DNA of 64,000 nt, from positions 72,751 to 136,750 of the forward strand of contig JAITPR010000016.1 in the NCBI GenBank assembly GCA_031289315.1, given 5' to 3'. The notes under the pieces were generated by a model. It worked only from the letters and a program-made list of their open reading frames with translations, did not search any database and was not told the DNA's origin. Shown here one piece after another: positions 1 through 9,596 of the stretch (within the stretch, counting starts at the first letter, position 1; every line of letters starts with the position of its first letter). A program made the translations under genes and the position numbers. This stretch comes from Clostridiaceae bacterium (GTDB lineage: Bacteria; Bacillota; Clostridia; Christensenellales; CAG-917).

Positions 1-1102
1 ATTTGCCGTCGCGCTTATATATCTTGTAATGGCGGCGCAGTTCCAAGGCTTTAAAGCGCCTCTCATAATAATGAGTACCATACCGTTGGCGTTTACGGGC
101 AGCTTCTTATTGCTTGCCGCGGCGAGAATGCCGATAAGCATAATGGCTATGATGGGGCTTATCATACTCATGGGCGTTGTCGTCAACAACGGTATCGTTT
201 TCGTCGATTACGCAAATAGGTTGATTGAAAGCGGCGTCGATAAGCGCACCGCGCTGTTCCGTACCGGCGTAGACCGCATGCGTCCCATATTCATGACGGC
301 GGCGACGACTATTCTTGCCATGGTCATCATGGCGGCGGACGGCTCCGATTACGGGCAAATGTTACAGCCCTTAGCAATTACCAGCATAGGCGGTCTTGCC
401 TACGCCACGGTAGTTACGCTGTTCATAATTCCTATCATCTACGACTTACTTAACCGCAAGGGCATTAACAGTGAGAAAAAACGCGTTCTGCGCGAACAAT
501 TGCTGGCTGAAGTCGACCCCGACAACATATTCGACTCCCTCGACCCCGCAATGGCGACCTTCATAGGCGAAACCGTCACCGGCAAACAGTATAGAATAAT
601 CAATATAAAACGCGGTAAAGGTAAAGAAGACACCGACTTCGCCTTAGAAATCGCGGAAACCGGTGAAATCTTCGAATTAGCCGATACGGAAATCGCCGCC
701 GACGTAGCTGATGCCGAAACCGATATACCCGTGGATGCGGAAGTATCCGCGAACGCCGAGGTAGTTGAGGATACCGCCGCCGTTGTAAAAGCCGACGACG
801 CCTTTGCAGCAACTGAAACAAATATACCGGTAAACATCTCCGCCGCCGTGACGACTGAAACCGACAAGCCTACCGCAGCTTCCGCAACAGCGGACGCCGA
901 TAAGCCCGCCGATGTCGCTGTGCCGGCGCAACCGCTGTGTGTCGGTATGCAGTTGCCCATACCCGACGGTGTGCCTGAGGGTTGGAGGTTCTTTAACGTC
1001 AAAGCCGGGCGCGGCAAGTATATATGTGAGCGTTGCGGTACCGTGAACGCCACCTCAAAGCCCGTTTGCTCCCACTGCGGCACGCTGCGTGAGAAGAAGT
1101 AA
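1..1102 (+). CDS. RND (AcrB/HAE1-like) efflux transporter, C-terminal part; the 5' end lies outside the window. It carries a ~210-aa acidic low-complexity tail ending in a Cys4 zinc ribbon.
   Basis: The frame is open from position 2. The motif LVMAAQF..F..PLIIM..IPLA and the terminal TM helices are typical of RND pumps. The tail ends in CERCG...CSHCG. Confidence 0.8.
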   Translation, partial: FAVALIYLVMAAQFQGFKAPLIIMSTIPLAFTGSFLLLAAARMPISIMAMMGLIILMGVVVNNGIVFVDYANRLIESGVDKRTALFRTGVDRMRPIFMTAATTILAMVIMAADGSDYGQMLQPLAITSIGGLAYATVVTLFIIPIIYDLLNRKGINSEKKRVLREQLLAEVDPDNIFDSLDPAMATFIGETVTGKQYRIINIKRGKGKEDTDFALEIAETGEIFELADTEIAADVADAETDIPVDAEVSANAEVVEDTAAVVKADDAFAATETNIPVNISAAVTTETDKPTAASATADADKPADVAVPAQPLCVGMQLPIPDGVPEGWRFFNVKAGRGKYICERCGTVNATSKPVCSHCGTLREKK

Positions 1103-1104
1103 AA

Positions 1105-1420
1105 TTAGAGTTCTTTTTGCTATGCGGAAATGTCCTTGTTCTTTTTGACATACGTCAAAAAGAACCAAAAAACGTGCAAGCGTGACGCTTGACCCTGATC
1201 ACTTGAAAAACGTGGTTGATGCAAGTTCCTTGCTCATCAACCGCGTTTTTAAATTTATTAGTATTCAATCACCGCCGTTGCGTCTTTTTAGTCACTTCTG
1301 CGTTGCACGGGACGATTTAGATTGTCGTCCGGCAATCGCCGTGGTAAGATTATAGCGCTCAACCGTCGCTCTTTCGTCTTTGTCGCTTCTGCGTTGCACG
1401 GAACGAGATATAAGTTAACA
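1105..1420. repeat. Mosaic multi-hairpin intergenic repeat, copy A (modules H1 GTTCTTTTTG..CAAAAAGAAC, H3 CAAGCGtgaCGCTTG, H2 terminator hairpin, plus two ~90-bp subrepeats)
   Basis: About 93% identical to 1961-2236. The same modules recur at 22714, 24407 and 52385, with H2 alone at 28219. Confidence 0.85.
1206..1250 (+). terminator. Intrinsic (bidirectional-type) terminator hairpin, module H2 of the mosaic repeat
   Basis: AAAAACGTGGTTGATGCA..TGCTCATCAACCGCGTTTTT, with an A-run before and a T-run after. It lies downstream of the RND gene. Confidence 0.7.
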
Positions 1421-1442
1421 AAATTTCCGTGGAGGATACTTT

Positions 1443-1904
1443 ATGGACGGATATATAAAATACATAAGAAAAGCAGTGGGACACCGCCGCATAATCCTTA
1501 ACTTCGCCGGAGGCGTCATTGTCGACGAAAAAGGTGGGATTTTGCTCCAAAGACGCTCCGACAGAAATAAATGGGGTTTTCTAGGCGGCGCGATTGAGCT
1601 TGGCGAGTCCGCGGCGGAAGCGGCAATCCGCGAAATAAAGGAAGAGTCAGGTTTGGTCGTAAAGGTCGATTGCCTCATTGGTATCTATACCAAATATTTT
1701 GACAAGTACCCGAACGGCGACGAAGCCCAAACCGTTACGCATGCCTTTATGTGTTCGGTAACGGGCGGCACGCTTGCCGCTAAGGACTCCGAAACATTGG
1801 AACTTAAATTTTTTTCTCCGTCCGCTCCCCCCGACCTTGTAAATGTACAACACATGGATTTGTGGGACGACGTGTGTAACGGTCGTAAAAACGTGTTCAG
1901 ATAA
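1443..1904 (+). CDS. NUDIX hydrolase
   Basis: Nudix box GGAIELGESAAEAAIREIKEESGL. GGAGG Shine-Dalgarno (SD) at 1430-1434. Confidence 0.85.
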   Translation: MDGYIKYIRKAVGHRRIILNFAGGVIVDEKGGILLQRRSDRNKWGFLGGAIELGESAAEAAIREIKEESGLVVKVDCLIGIYTKYFDKYPNGDEAQTVTHAFMCSVTGGTLAAKDSETLELKFFSPSAPPDLVNVQHMDLWDDVCNGRKNVFR

Positions 1905-1936
1905 TGCGCGCGCTTAAGGCGTCCGACACACCCAAG

Positions 1937-2255
1937 AAACCGAAAAGCCGCAAGCTTGAGCCTTGGTTCTTTTTGACACACGTCAAAAAGAACCAAAAAA
2001 CATGCAAGCGTGACGCTTGACCCTGATCACTTGAAAAACGTGGTTGATGCAAGTTCCTTGCTCATCAACCACGTTTTTAAATTTATTAGTATTCAATCAC
2101 CGCCGTTGCGTCTTTTAGTCGCTTCTGCATTGCACGGAACGATTTAGATTGTCGTCCGTCAATCGCCGTGTAAGATTATAGCGCTCAACCGTCGCTCTTG
2201 CGTCTTTGTCGCTTCTGCGCTGCACGGAACGATTTAGATTGTTGTTTATCAAGCT
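1937..2255. repeat. Mosaic multi-hairpin intergenic repeat, copy B (direct repeat of copy A; includes terminator hairpin 2034-2078)
   Basis: Aligns with 1134-1408 module by module. Together with copy A it brackets the NUDIX gene. Confidence 0.85.
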
Positions 2256-2520
2256 CTGTGCATTGTGAATAAATCTGCGTTACACGCGTAAAAGCGCAAA
2301 AAAATATATAATTTGACATACGGAGAGAGCCGAAAAAATCGCGGCGCATTGTGAATAAAGGCGCACGCTACCCGCGTAAAAAAGAAGCGAAAATAACGTA
2401 AAAATCGACTTTTTTTGACGTTTATTTTTACTTCGCGCTTTTATTTGTTTTCCCTTAAAAAAACACGTTTTCGTTCACTTAAAAAGTATGGAAATCACTA
2501 AAAAATAGGGTCGGCATACC

Positions 2521-2549
2521 TTGACATATTGGTACGTTATATATATAAT
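2521..2549 (+). promoter_or_regulatory. Consensus sigma-A-type promoter TTGACA-17-TATAAT
   Basis: TTGACA 2521-2526, 17-nt spacer, TATAAT 2544-2549. The ATG at 2560 is only ~4 nt from the expected transcription start site (TSS). Confidence 0.6.
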
Positions 2550-2559
2550 AAGTGTTGTT

Positions 2560-2898
2560 ATGGTAAGCAACGAAAACCTCTTTTTATTTGATGAAGATTC
2601 CACGGAACTTCGGGAAAAACACCGCTCATTTTGGCAAAACGGCGGTGAGAATATTTCCGTGCTTTTCCACAACGAAATAATTCGCATCGAGAAAATCGTC
2701 TACCACGGAGCGCAAGAAGACCCCGTTGTGTACAGCGATAATTCATGGCTCACCGTGCTTGAAGGCGATATCACCCTAGAAATTGCCGGCGAACGCTTCG
2801 CCTTGAATAAGGGCGACAGCCGATATATACCGCGCTATCGCAAAATTAAAGTCCTGTCCTCCTCACAACCCTGCCTCGTCTTATCATTGTTCTTCTAA
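2560..2898 (+). CDS. Cupin-domain protein (small, single domain)
   Basis: First ATG of the ORF after the promoter. The beta-barrel-like segment LEGDITLEIAGERFALNKGDSRYIP is typical of cupins. No SD, so possibly leaderless. Confidence 0.55.
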   Translation: MVSNENLFLFDEDSTELREKHRSFWQNGGENISVLFHNEIIRIEKIVYHGAQEDPVVYSDNSWLTVLEGDITLEIAGERFALNKGDSRYIPRYRKIKVLSSSQPCLVLSLFF

Positions 2899-2988
2899 AA
2901 TGACCGCCGCACATTGTGTTATCAGGGTTCTTTTAAAACAATGAAAAAAACCTAAAAAACGGCTTAAAAACCCTTAAAAAACGGCATA

Positions 2989-3018
2989 AAAAACTCCCGC
3001 AAAATTTGCGGGAGTTTT
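2989..3018. terminator. Bidirectional intrinsic terminator between convergent genes
   Basis: AAAAAACTCCCGCAAA/TTTGCGGGAGTTTT: a 10-bp perfect stem flanked by A- and T-runs. Confidence 0.75.
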
Positions 3019-3051
3019 AATAATCTTGCCGTCCGTTTGTAGTTGACCGTC

Positions 3052-3267
3052 TTATTTTCTACTGCTTTGTGTTGCAAGCGCATATAAACCTGTTTTGACG
3101 GTTTACGGCGCGGGCGGTAGTTGTTATTTTCTACTGCTTTGTGTTGCAAGTGCATATAAACCTGTCTTGACGGTTTAGAGGCGTCCGTTCGGTTGTTATC
3201 TTTTTTCTACGGCTTTGTCGTGTTCGGCGCGGTTGTGGAGTATGTTGTGCCAGTTTCTGACCATATA
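3052..3267 (-). repeat. 72-bp tandem repeat x3: the 3' end of the DUF378 gene (including its stop) and two downstream copies
   Basis: TTAT(T/C)TTT..CTAC.GCTTTGT.GTGTT units start at 3052, 3124 and 3196. The 3196 unit is the real gene end. Confidence 0.8.
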
Positions 3268-3435
3268 CCAAATCAGCCAGAGCGCCGAAATGCCTACAAG
3301 CACGTAAAATATGCGCGGTATGATATATAGGTTCGCCCCGAAAATCCAATTGATTATATTGAAATTGAACGCCCCTATAGCGAACCAGTTTATTGCGCCG
3401 AGCGTTACGATGATGAGCGCGATGATTGTAATCAT
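3196..3435 (-). CDS. DUF378-family small membrane protein
   Basis: Two TM helices with GAINWFAIGAFNFNIINWIFG, a motif typical of DUF378. GGAG SD upstream. Confidence 0.75.
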   Translation of the reverse strand: MITIIALIIVTLGAINWFAIGAFNFNIINWIFGANLYIIPRIFYVLVGISALWLIWYMVRNWHNILHNRAEHDKAVEKR

Positions 3436-3899
3436 GGTTGTTTTTCTCCTTATCTGTTTTTACGGAGGATATGCAAAGGCGCAAAAATGCTTTAATACGT
3501 TTCGTTTGCGAACGGACAAAAACACTTTTACGCGCTTTGCATCGCCTCTTGCCATTAGTATTGACGGTTGAGTGCGAAATATACGGACAATCCTTAAATA
3601 AAAACGCCTATCCTAAACGCGGCGGCAACCTTAAACAAAATTAGTGTTTTAATCGCCCCCGATAACCTTAACCGGTGGTGATAATCTTAATCGACAGCAA
3701 CCTTAAGTAAAAAACGGGTGCATACGCGCGTGCGTGAGAAGACGCAATACGGACGTCGCATAAAATAGTAACGGGCAAAAGAGGTCGCACGAAAGGGACG
3801 GGTAAAAGAGGGGTGTGAAAACGGGGGACATAAAGAATAAGAGCCGCCCAAAAGGAAGGTAAAAAATAAAAAATTTTTTTTTGAAAGAACGTAAAACGA

Positions 3900-3928
3900 T
3901 TGACAGAATACCTTGTATTTAGTATTAT
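3900..3928 (+). promoter_or_regulatory. S10-operon promoter TTGACA-17-TATTAT with an upstream A/T-run (UP-like element)
   Basis: TTGACA 3900-3905, TATTAT 3923-3928, A6TA6T10 tract at 3861-3883. A ~170-nt leader precedes rpsJ. Confidence 0.65.
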
Positions 3929-4101
3929 ATAGAGGCTGTCGGACTGTCGACGGCATTTTATGCGCGGTTTTTACCTAAAAAACGGTTCCGAAGAGAGTTC
4001 TTCGGAAGGTAAAAGAGGTAGACACACCAGTGCGCGTGGAATTAAGCGTATGGGGCGGGACAAAAACCGCTTGAAAATATAAAGTCGGAGGGCTGCTAAA
4101 C

Positions 4102-4410
4102 ATGGCCGGACAGAAAATCAGAATTAAGCTCAAGGGTTATGACCACTTCTTAGTGGACAATTCCGCGGAGAAAATCGTTGACACGGTGAAGAGAACGGGT
4201 ACAAAGGTATCCGGACCTATCCCGTTGCCGACGGAAAAGGAAATCATCACCATTCTCCGTTCTCCGCACAAGTACAAGGACTCACGCGAGCAGTTCGAAA
4301 TGAGAACGCACAAAAGACTTATCGACATATACAACCCCACTGCGAAGACGGTCGACAGCTTAATGAAGCTGGACCTCCCGGCGGGCGTAGATATATCTAT
4401 TAAGCTTTAA
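4102..4410 (+). CDS. rpsJ: 30S ribosomal protein S10 (uS10)
   Basis: The translation [14 protein letters not shown] is classic S10. First gene of the conserved S10 operon order. Confidence 0.97.
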   Translation: MAGQKIRIKLKGYDHFLVDNSAEKIVDTVKRTGTKVSGPIPLPTEKEIITILRSPHKYKDSREQFEMRTHKRLIDIYNPTAKTVDSLMKLDLPAGVDISIKL

Positions 4411-4445
4411 TCGGTATAAAAATCAACGGAGGTGAACTTTATCAT

Positions 4446-5081
4446 ATGAATAAAGCAATCATTGGAAGAAAATTGGGCATGAGCCAACTGTTCACGGCGG
4501 ACGGGAAAGTAATTCCCGTAACCGTAATAGAGGCGGGTCCGTGTCCCGTAGTTCAGGTTAAGACCAAGGAACGGGATGGATATGAAGCGGTGCAGGTGGC
4601 ATTCGGCGAAATCAAGCCGCAGAACGTCACGCAACCGCTTACGGGACACTTCAAGAAGGCGAACACCGCCCCTAAGAGGTATCTTAAAGAGTTGAAGTTA
4701 GATAACGCCGCTACCTACAAGGCGGGGGATTTAATTCTTGCCAAGACATTTGTGGCGGGTGACCGTATCGACGTGGTAGGCGTTACGAAGGGCAGAGGCT
4801 TTTCGGGGGTGATCCAGCGCTGGAACCAGACCACGGGTCCGATGGCGCACGGTTCCGGTTATCACCGCGGCGTAGGCTCAATGGGCGCAAACAGCGACCC
4901 TTCGCGCGTGTTCAAAAATAAGCATATGCCCGGTCAATACGGCAGTGAGCAGGTTACCATTCAGAACCTCTCCGTCGTGCGGGTGGACGAAACGAAAAAC
5001 CTTATATTTATTAAGGGAGCCGTGCCCGGTCCTAAGGGCGGCATGGTAGTCGTACGTAGCACCGTCAAGACCAAGGCGTAA
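4446..5081 (+). CDS. rplC: 50S ribosomal protein L3 (uL3)
   Basis: GRKLGMSQLF...GVTKGRGFSG motif; operon position. Confidence 0.97.
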   Translation: MNKAIIGRKLGMSQLFTADGKVIPVTVIEAGPCPVVQVKTKERDGYEAVQVAFGEIKPQNVTQPLTGHFKKANTAPKRYLKELKLDNAATYKAGDLILAKTFVAGDRIDVVGVTKGRGFSGVIQRWNQTTGPMAHGSGYHRGVGSMGANSDPSRVFKNKHMPGQYGSEQVTIQNLSVVRVDETKNLIFIKGAVPGPKGGMVVVRSTVKTKA

Positions 5082-5097
5082 TCCGGAGGACGATACG

Positions 5098-5727
5098 ATG
5101 ATAGAAGTTAATATTCTAAACACGAAAGGCGCCGAGGTGGGGAAGCTTGCGCTTAACCCGGAAATCTTCGGCAAGGATTATAACGAGGCGTTAATACACC
5201 AAGTTGTGGTTGCTCAGTTAGCCAACAAAAGACAAGGCAACAAGTCGACGCTTACCAGAACGGAGGTGCGCGGAGGCGGCATTAAGCCATACAGGCAAAA
5301 AGGAACGGGACGTGCGCGTCAAGGCTCCATACGTGCTCCTCAGTACGTCAAGGGCGGCGTGGTATTCGCACCGAAGCCCCGTGATTTTTCCAAGAAAATC
5401 AATAAAAACATGAAGACCGCGGCGCTTTATTCGGTACTTTCCGAAAAAGTGAGAGCCGGTGAGTTCATCGTGATTGACAACGACGCCGCCGCGGTCGAAA
5501 ACGGCAAAACCAAGGAAATAGCCGCGGTTTTAAAGGCGTTGTCGATAAATAAAAGAGCCTTGCTGGTGTTGGCGACCGATAACGATTTAGTACTTCGCGC
5601 GTCCGGCAACATTCAAGGCTTTAAGGTCGAAAACGTGTCGTTATTGAACGTGTACGACCTCGTTGCGGCGAAGTATTGTATTATTTCGGTGGACGCCGTT
5701 AAGAAAATAGGGGAGGTTGAAGCATAA
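5098..5727 (+). CDS. rplD: 50S ribosomal protein L4 (uL4)
   Basis: VRGGGIKPYRQKGTGRARQGS motif; operon position. Confidence 0.96.
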   Translation: MIEVNILNTKGAEVGKLALNPEIFGKDYNEALIHQVVVAQLANKRQGNKSTLTRTEVRGGGIKPYRQKGTGRARQGSIRAPQYVKGGVVFAPKPRDFSKKINKNMKTAALYSVLSEKVRAGEFIVIDNDAAAVENGKTKEIAAVLKALSINKRALLVLATDNDLVLRASGNIQGFKVENVSLLNVYDLVAAKYCIISVDAVKKIGEVEA

Positions 5728-6017
5728 TGACTCCGTATGACATTATAGTAAAGCCTATACGTTCGGAAAAGAGCTACGCGGGAATAGCCAATAAGCGTTA
5801 TTCCTTTAAGGTGCTTCCGTCGGCGACGAAGACACAAGTCAAAGCGGCGATAGAAAAGATTTTCGGCGTAAAGGTCGCTAAGGTTAACACCCTCAACGTA
5901 AGAGGCAAAATAAAGAGAATGGGTAAGACGTCCGGCAAAACCTCGGCTTACAAAAAAGCAATCGTTACGCTGACGGCGGACAGCAAGGCAATCGAGTTTT
6001 TCGAGAGTTTGGCTTAA
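5727..6017 (+). CDS. rplW: 50S ribosomal protein L23 (uL23)
   Basis: Size and sequence (ITEKS-like PIRSEKS, KVNTLNVRGK); operon position. Confidence 0.95.
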   Translation: MTPYDIIVKPIRSEKSYAGIANKRYSFKVLPSATKTQVKAAIEKIFGVKVAKVNTLNVRGKIKRMGKTSGKTSAYKKAIVTLTADSKAIEFFESLA

Positions 6018-6035
6018 TTTAAGGAGATATGCGTT

Positions 6036-6863
6036 ATGGCTATTAAGAAATATAAACCAACATCTCCCGCGCGCCGTTACATGTCGGTTTCCGCCTATGA
6101 AGAGATTACGACTACCGTTCCGGAGAAAAGCCTTCTTGAAGTCAAGAAGCGTTCGGGCGGCAGAAACGCTACGGGCAGAATAACCGTGCGTCATATCGGC
6201 GGCGGCAACAGAAATAAGTACAGGGTAATTGATTTTAAGCGCAACAAGGACGGAATACCCGCCAAAGTCGCCACAATCGAATACGACCCGAACCGTTCCG
6301 CAAACATAGCGCTGTTGCACTATGCGGACGGCGAAAAGAGATATATCATAGCGCCGTTTGGTCTTAAAGCCGGCGACACCGTGGTATCGGGCAAGGATTC
6401 CGACATAAAGGTCGGCAACGCGCTTCCCTTAGAGAACATACCCGTCGGTACCATGGTGCATAACATCGAGATGCAACCCGGCAAGGGCGGACAAATAGCT
6501 AGATCGGCGGGCAATGCCGCACAGCTCATGGCGAAGGAAGGCAAATATGCCACGTTGCGTTTACCTAGCGGCGAAATGAGATACATTTTGGCACGTTGCA
6601 AAGCGACAATCGGGCAGGTAGGCAATTTGGATCACGAAATCATTTCTTTGGGCAAGGCGGGCAAGACCCGTTACAAGGGAATACGTCCGACGGTACGCGG
6701 CGTAGTCATGAACCCTTGCGATCACCCGCACGGCGGCGGCGAGGGCAAGTCACCTATAGGTATGCCGTCCCCGGTAACTCCGTGGGGTAAGCCCGCACTC
6801 GGTTACAAGACGAGAAAGAAGAAAAACGCAAGCGACAAGTTCATTGTCAAGCGTATCAATTAG
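6036..6863 (+). CDS. rplB: 50S ribosomal protein L2 (uL2)
   Basis: [15 protein letters not shown] and [13 protein letters not shown] motifs. Confidence 0.97.
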   Translation: MAIKKYKPTSPARRYMSVSAYEEITTTVPEKSLLEVKKRSGGRNATGRITVRHIGGGNRNKYRVIDFKRNKDGIPAKVATIEYDPNRSANIALLHYADGEKRYIIAPFGLKAGDTVVSGKDSDIKVGNALPLENIPVGTMVHNIEMQPGKGGQIARSAGNAAQLMAKEGKYATLRLPSGEMRYILARCKATIGQVGNLDHEIISLGKAGKTRYKGIRPTVRGVVMNPCDHPHGGGEGKSPIGMPSPVTPWGKPALGYKTRKKKNASDKFIVKRIN

Positions 6864-6877
6864 TTCGGAGGCATACG

Positions 6878-7156
6878 ATGAGCAGAAGTATAAAAAAGGG
6901 ACCTTTCATTGAAGAAAGATTGCTTGCAAGGATAGAAAAAATGAATGCCGCGGGCGAGAAAAAACCCGTTAAGACATGGTCGAGGGCTTCTACGATATTC
7001 CCTCAAATGGTCGGTCATACGATTGCCGTTCACGACGGTAAGAAGCATGTTCCCGTGTATGTCACGGAAGACATGGTAGGTTGCAAGCTCGGTGAGTTCG
7101 CTCCGACGCGTACCTTTAGAGGTCACGCCGCCGACAAGACCACCAAAAAGAGATAG
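6878..7156 (+). CDS. rpsS: 30S ribosomal protein S19 (uS19)
   Basis: SRSIKKGPF...[17 protein letters not shown]. Confidence 0.97.
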   Translation: MSRSIKKGPFIEERLLARIEKMNAAGEKKPVKTWSRASTIFPQMVGHTIAVHDGKKHVPVYVTEDMVGCKLGEFAPTRTFRGHAADKTTKKR

Positions 7157-7164
7157 GAGGAACT

Positions 7165-7551
7165 ATGGCTACCAGAACTAAGCAAAAGGCTTTGGAGAGA
7201 AAGAATTCCAAGGATACACGTCCTAAGGCGATTGCGCGTTATATCAGGATTTCCCCCGACAAGGTGAGGATTGTATTGAATATTATACGCGGCAGAAGCT
7301 TAAACGATGCCGTAGCGGTGTTGGAAAACACGCCGAAAGCGGCTTCCGAAGTACTCTTAAAGGTCGTTAACTCCGCGGCGGCAAACGCCGAAAACAACCT
7401 TAATATGTCCAGAAACGATTTGTACGTAGCGGAATGCTTCGCGGATCAGGGTCCTATCTTAAAGAGGATTATGCCGCGCGCAAAGGGCAGAGCCTACCGC
7501 ATCAACAAGCGCACCAGCCACATCACCGTCATTTTGGACGCGGTTAAGTAG
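7165..7551 (+). CDS. rplV: 50S ribosomal protein L22 (uL22)
   Basis: Operon position; [30 protein letters not shown]. Confidence 0.95.
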   Translation: MATRTKQKALERKNSKDTRPKAIARYIRISPDKVRIVLNIIRGRSLNDAVAVLENTPKAASEVLLKVVNSAAANAENNLNMSRNDLYVAECFADQGPILKRIMPRAKGRAYRINKRTSHITVILDAVK

Positions 7552-7559
7552 GAGGACGT

Positions 7560-8252
7560 ATGGGACAGAAAGTTAATCCGCACGGCTTAAGAGTCGGTAT
7601 TATAAAGGAACACGACGCGCAATGGTATGCGAACAAGAAGGATTTTTCGGGCAATCTAATTGCCGACGATAAAATCAGAAAGTTTTTAAAGGACAAGTAC
7701 TACAAGGCGGGAATTTCTAAAATAACCGTTGAGCGCGCGGCGTCTAAGGTTATCATAAACATTCACACCGGCAGACCGGCGGTTTTAATCGGTAAGGCGG
7801 GCGCGGGCGTAGAAGAAATTAAGAACGAGGTTCAAAAGTTCTGCGACGCCGAAAAGTCCGTTATAATCAACATTATGGAAGTCAAACGCCCCGACGCGGA
7901 CGCACAGCTTGTCGCGGAGGTCATTGCGGAACAGCTTGAAAACAGAGCTTCTTTCCGTCGCTCCATGAAGCAGGCAATGACGCGCGCACTCAATAAAGGC
8001 GGCGCAAGAGGTATAAAGACCATGGTTTCCGGACGTTTAGACGGCGCGGAAATAGCCAGAAGCGAAAGCTATCACGAGGGTTCTATTCCTCTTCAAACGC
8101 TCCGTGCGGACATTGATTACGGCTTTGCGGAGGCACACACCACTTTCGGCGTTATCGGCGTGAAGTGTTGGATTTATAAGGGTGAAATTTTAGGCGGCAA
8201 GCAACAACAAGCTCAACCGCAACAGCCCGCCAAGGAAGGAGGTAATAACTAA
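7560..8252 (+). CDS. rpsC: 30S ribosomal protein S3 (uS3)
   Basis: [13 protein letters not shown] start, KH domain, Gln-rich C-terminal tail. Confidence 0.97.
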   Translation: MGQKVNPHGLRVGIIKEHDAQWYANKKDFSGNLIADDKIRKFLKDKYYKAGISKITVERAASKVIINIHTGRPAVLIGKAGAGVEEIKNEVQKFCDAEKSVIINIMEVKRPDADAQLVAEVIAEQLENRASFRRSMKQAMTRALNKGGARGIKTMVSGRLDGAEIARSESYHEGSIPLQTLRADIDYGFAEAHTTFGVIGVKCWIYKGEILGGKQQQAQPQQPAKEGGNN

Positions 8253-8253
8253 T

Positions 8254-8703
8254 ATGTTAATGCCCAAACGTGTTAAAAGAAGAAGGGTTTTTCGCGGTAG
8301 AATGAAGGGAAACGCCAACAAAGGAAACACGATAGCATACGGCGATTACGCTATTCAAGCGTTGGAGCCGTCGTGGATAACCTCTAATCAAATAGAGGCA
8401 GCCCGTGTAGCTATCACTAGATATATCAAAAGAGGCGGCAAGGTTTGGGTGGACATCTTCCCCCACAAGCCCGTAACGAAGAAGCCCGCTGAAACCCGCA
8501 TGGGTTCCGGTAAAGGTTCTCCGGAGTACTGGGTGGCGGTCGTCAAGCCCGGCAGAGTTTTATTTGAGATAGCCGGCGTCAGCGAGGAGTTGGCGCGCGA
8601 GGCATTAAGACTTGGCTCCACAAAGCTTCCTATCAAATGCAAATTCATCAAGAGGGAAGAGGTTGCCGCCGCGGCGGAGGAGGACGTCGTAAATGAAGAC
8701 TAA
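8254..8703 (+). CDS. rplP: 50S ribosomal protein L16 (uL16), with a short acidic C-terminal extension
   Basis: [19 protein letters not shown]...; operon position. Confidence 0.96.
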   Translation: MLMPKRVKRRRVFRGRMKGNANKGNTIAYGDYAIQALEPSWITSNQIEAARVAITRYIKRGGKVWVDIFPHKPVTKKPAETRMGSGKGSPEYWVAVVKPGRVLFEIAGVSEELAREALRLGSTKLPIKCKFIKREEVAAAAEEDVVNED

Positions 8704-8929
8704 ACAATTTTACGAAATGTCTACGGAAGAACTCCAGACGAAGTTAGGCGAACTTAAATCAGAATTATTCTTTTTGAGATTTAAGCACGCAACAGACCAA
8801 CTCACCAATCCCAACGTGCTCGTTATCTGCAAAAAGGATATTGCGCGCGTCAAGACGATAATCCGCCAACGCGAGCTTAAACTCTATCCGGAGTTAAATA
8901 AGCCCGCACCCGGCAAAAAGGCTAAGTAA
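8693..8929 (+). CDS. rpmC: 50S ribosomal protein L29 (uL29)
   Basis: [25 protein letters not shown]; overlaps the rplP end by 11 nt. Confidence 0.93.
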   Translation: MKTKQFYEMSTEELQTKLGELKSELFFLRFKHATDQLTNPNVLVICKKDIARVKTIIRQRELKLYPELNKPAPGKKAK

Positions 8930-8943
8930 AACGGAGGCATGAC

Positions 8944-9204
8944 ATGGAAACCGAAAGGAATTTAAGAAAAGAAAGAGTCGGCGTCGTGGTCTCCGACAAG
9001 ATGGATAAGACCATCGTCGTCGCGATTAAGGAGAGAGTCAAGCACCCTCTCTACAAAAAGACGGTCAACAGAACTAGTAAATTAAAAGCGCACGACGAGA
9101 AGAACGAAGCCGGAATAGGCGATACCGTACGCATCATGGAAACGAGGCACCTTTCAAAGGATAAATGCTGGAGACTGGTGGAAATCGTCGACAAGGCGAA
9201 GTAA
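8944..9204 (+). CDS. rpsQ: 30S ribosomal protein S17 (uS17)
   Basis: [29 protein letters not shown]. Confidence 0.96.
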   Translation: METERNLRKERVGVVVSDKMDKTIVVAIKERVKHPLYKKTVNRTSKLKAHDEKNEAGIGDTVRIMETRHLSKDKCWRLVEIVDKAK

Positions 9205-9216
9205 CGGGAGGCTGAT

Positions 9217-9585
9217 ATGATACAACCGCAAACGATTTTAAAGGCGGCCGACAATACCGGCGCAAAAGAAATAATGTGCATAAGAGTGTTAGGCGGCTCG
9301 TTTAGAAGAAGCGGAAGCATAGGCGATATTATCGTGGCATCCGTGAAAACGGCGACAACCGGCGGCGTGGTCAAAAAGGGCGACGTTGTAACGGCGGTAA
9401 TCGTCCGCACGCACAAGGAAATCCAAAGAGTTGACGGTTCGCACATCAAGTTCGACGACAACGCGGCGGTAATAATAGACAAGCAAAAGGAACCTAAGGG
9501 TACGCGTATTTTCGGGCCTATAGCGAGAGAGCTTCGTGAGAAAGGGTTTATGAAAATTATTTCTCTTGCGCCCGAAGTGCTGTAA
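9217..9585 (+). CDS. rplN: 50S ribosomal protein L14 (uL14)
   Basis: [18 protein letters not shown]... Confidence 0.97.
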   Translation: MIQPQTILKAADNTGAKEIMCIRVLGGSFRRSGSIGDIIVASVKTATTGGVVKKGDVVTAVIVRTHKEIQRVDGSHIKFDDNAAVIIDKQKEPKGTRIFGPIARELREKGFMKIISLAPEVL

Positions 9586-9596
9586 GGAGGTTTAAT

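Noticed and set aside
439-1083. Minus-strand ORFs (214, 84 and 73 aa) in the RND tail region
   Set aside because: They are shadow frames of the Ala/Asp/Thr-rich low-complexity tail. The plus frame is continuous with the RND TM domain.
1206-1250. Whether the H2 hairpins (GTTGA..TCAAC) are integron attC sites, making the bracketed genes cassettes
   Set aside because: attC sites have RYYYAAC at the 5' end and GTTRRRY at the 3' end. Here the order is GTT first and AAC last. The hairpins are flanked by A- and T-runs like terminators, and no intI is in the window.
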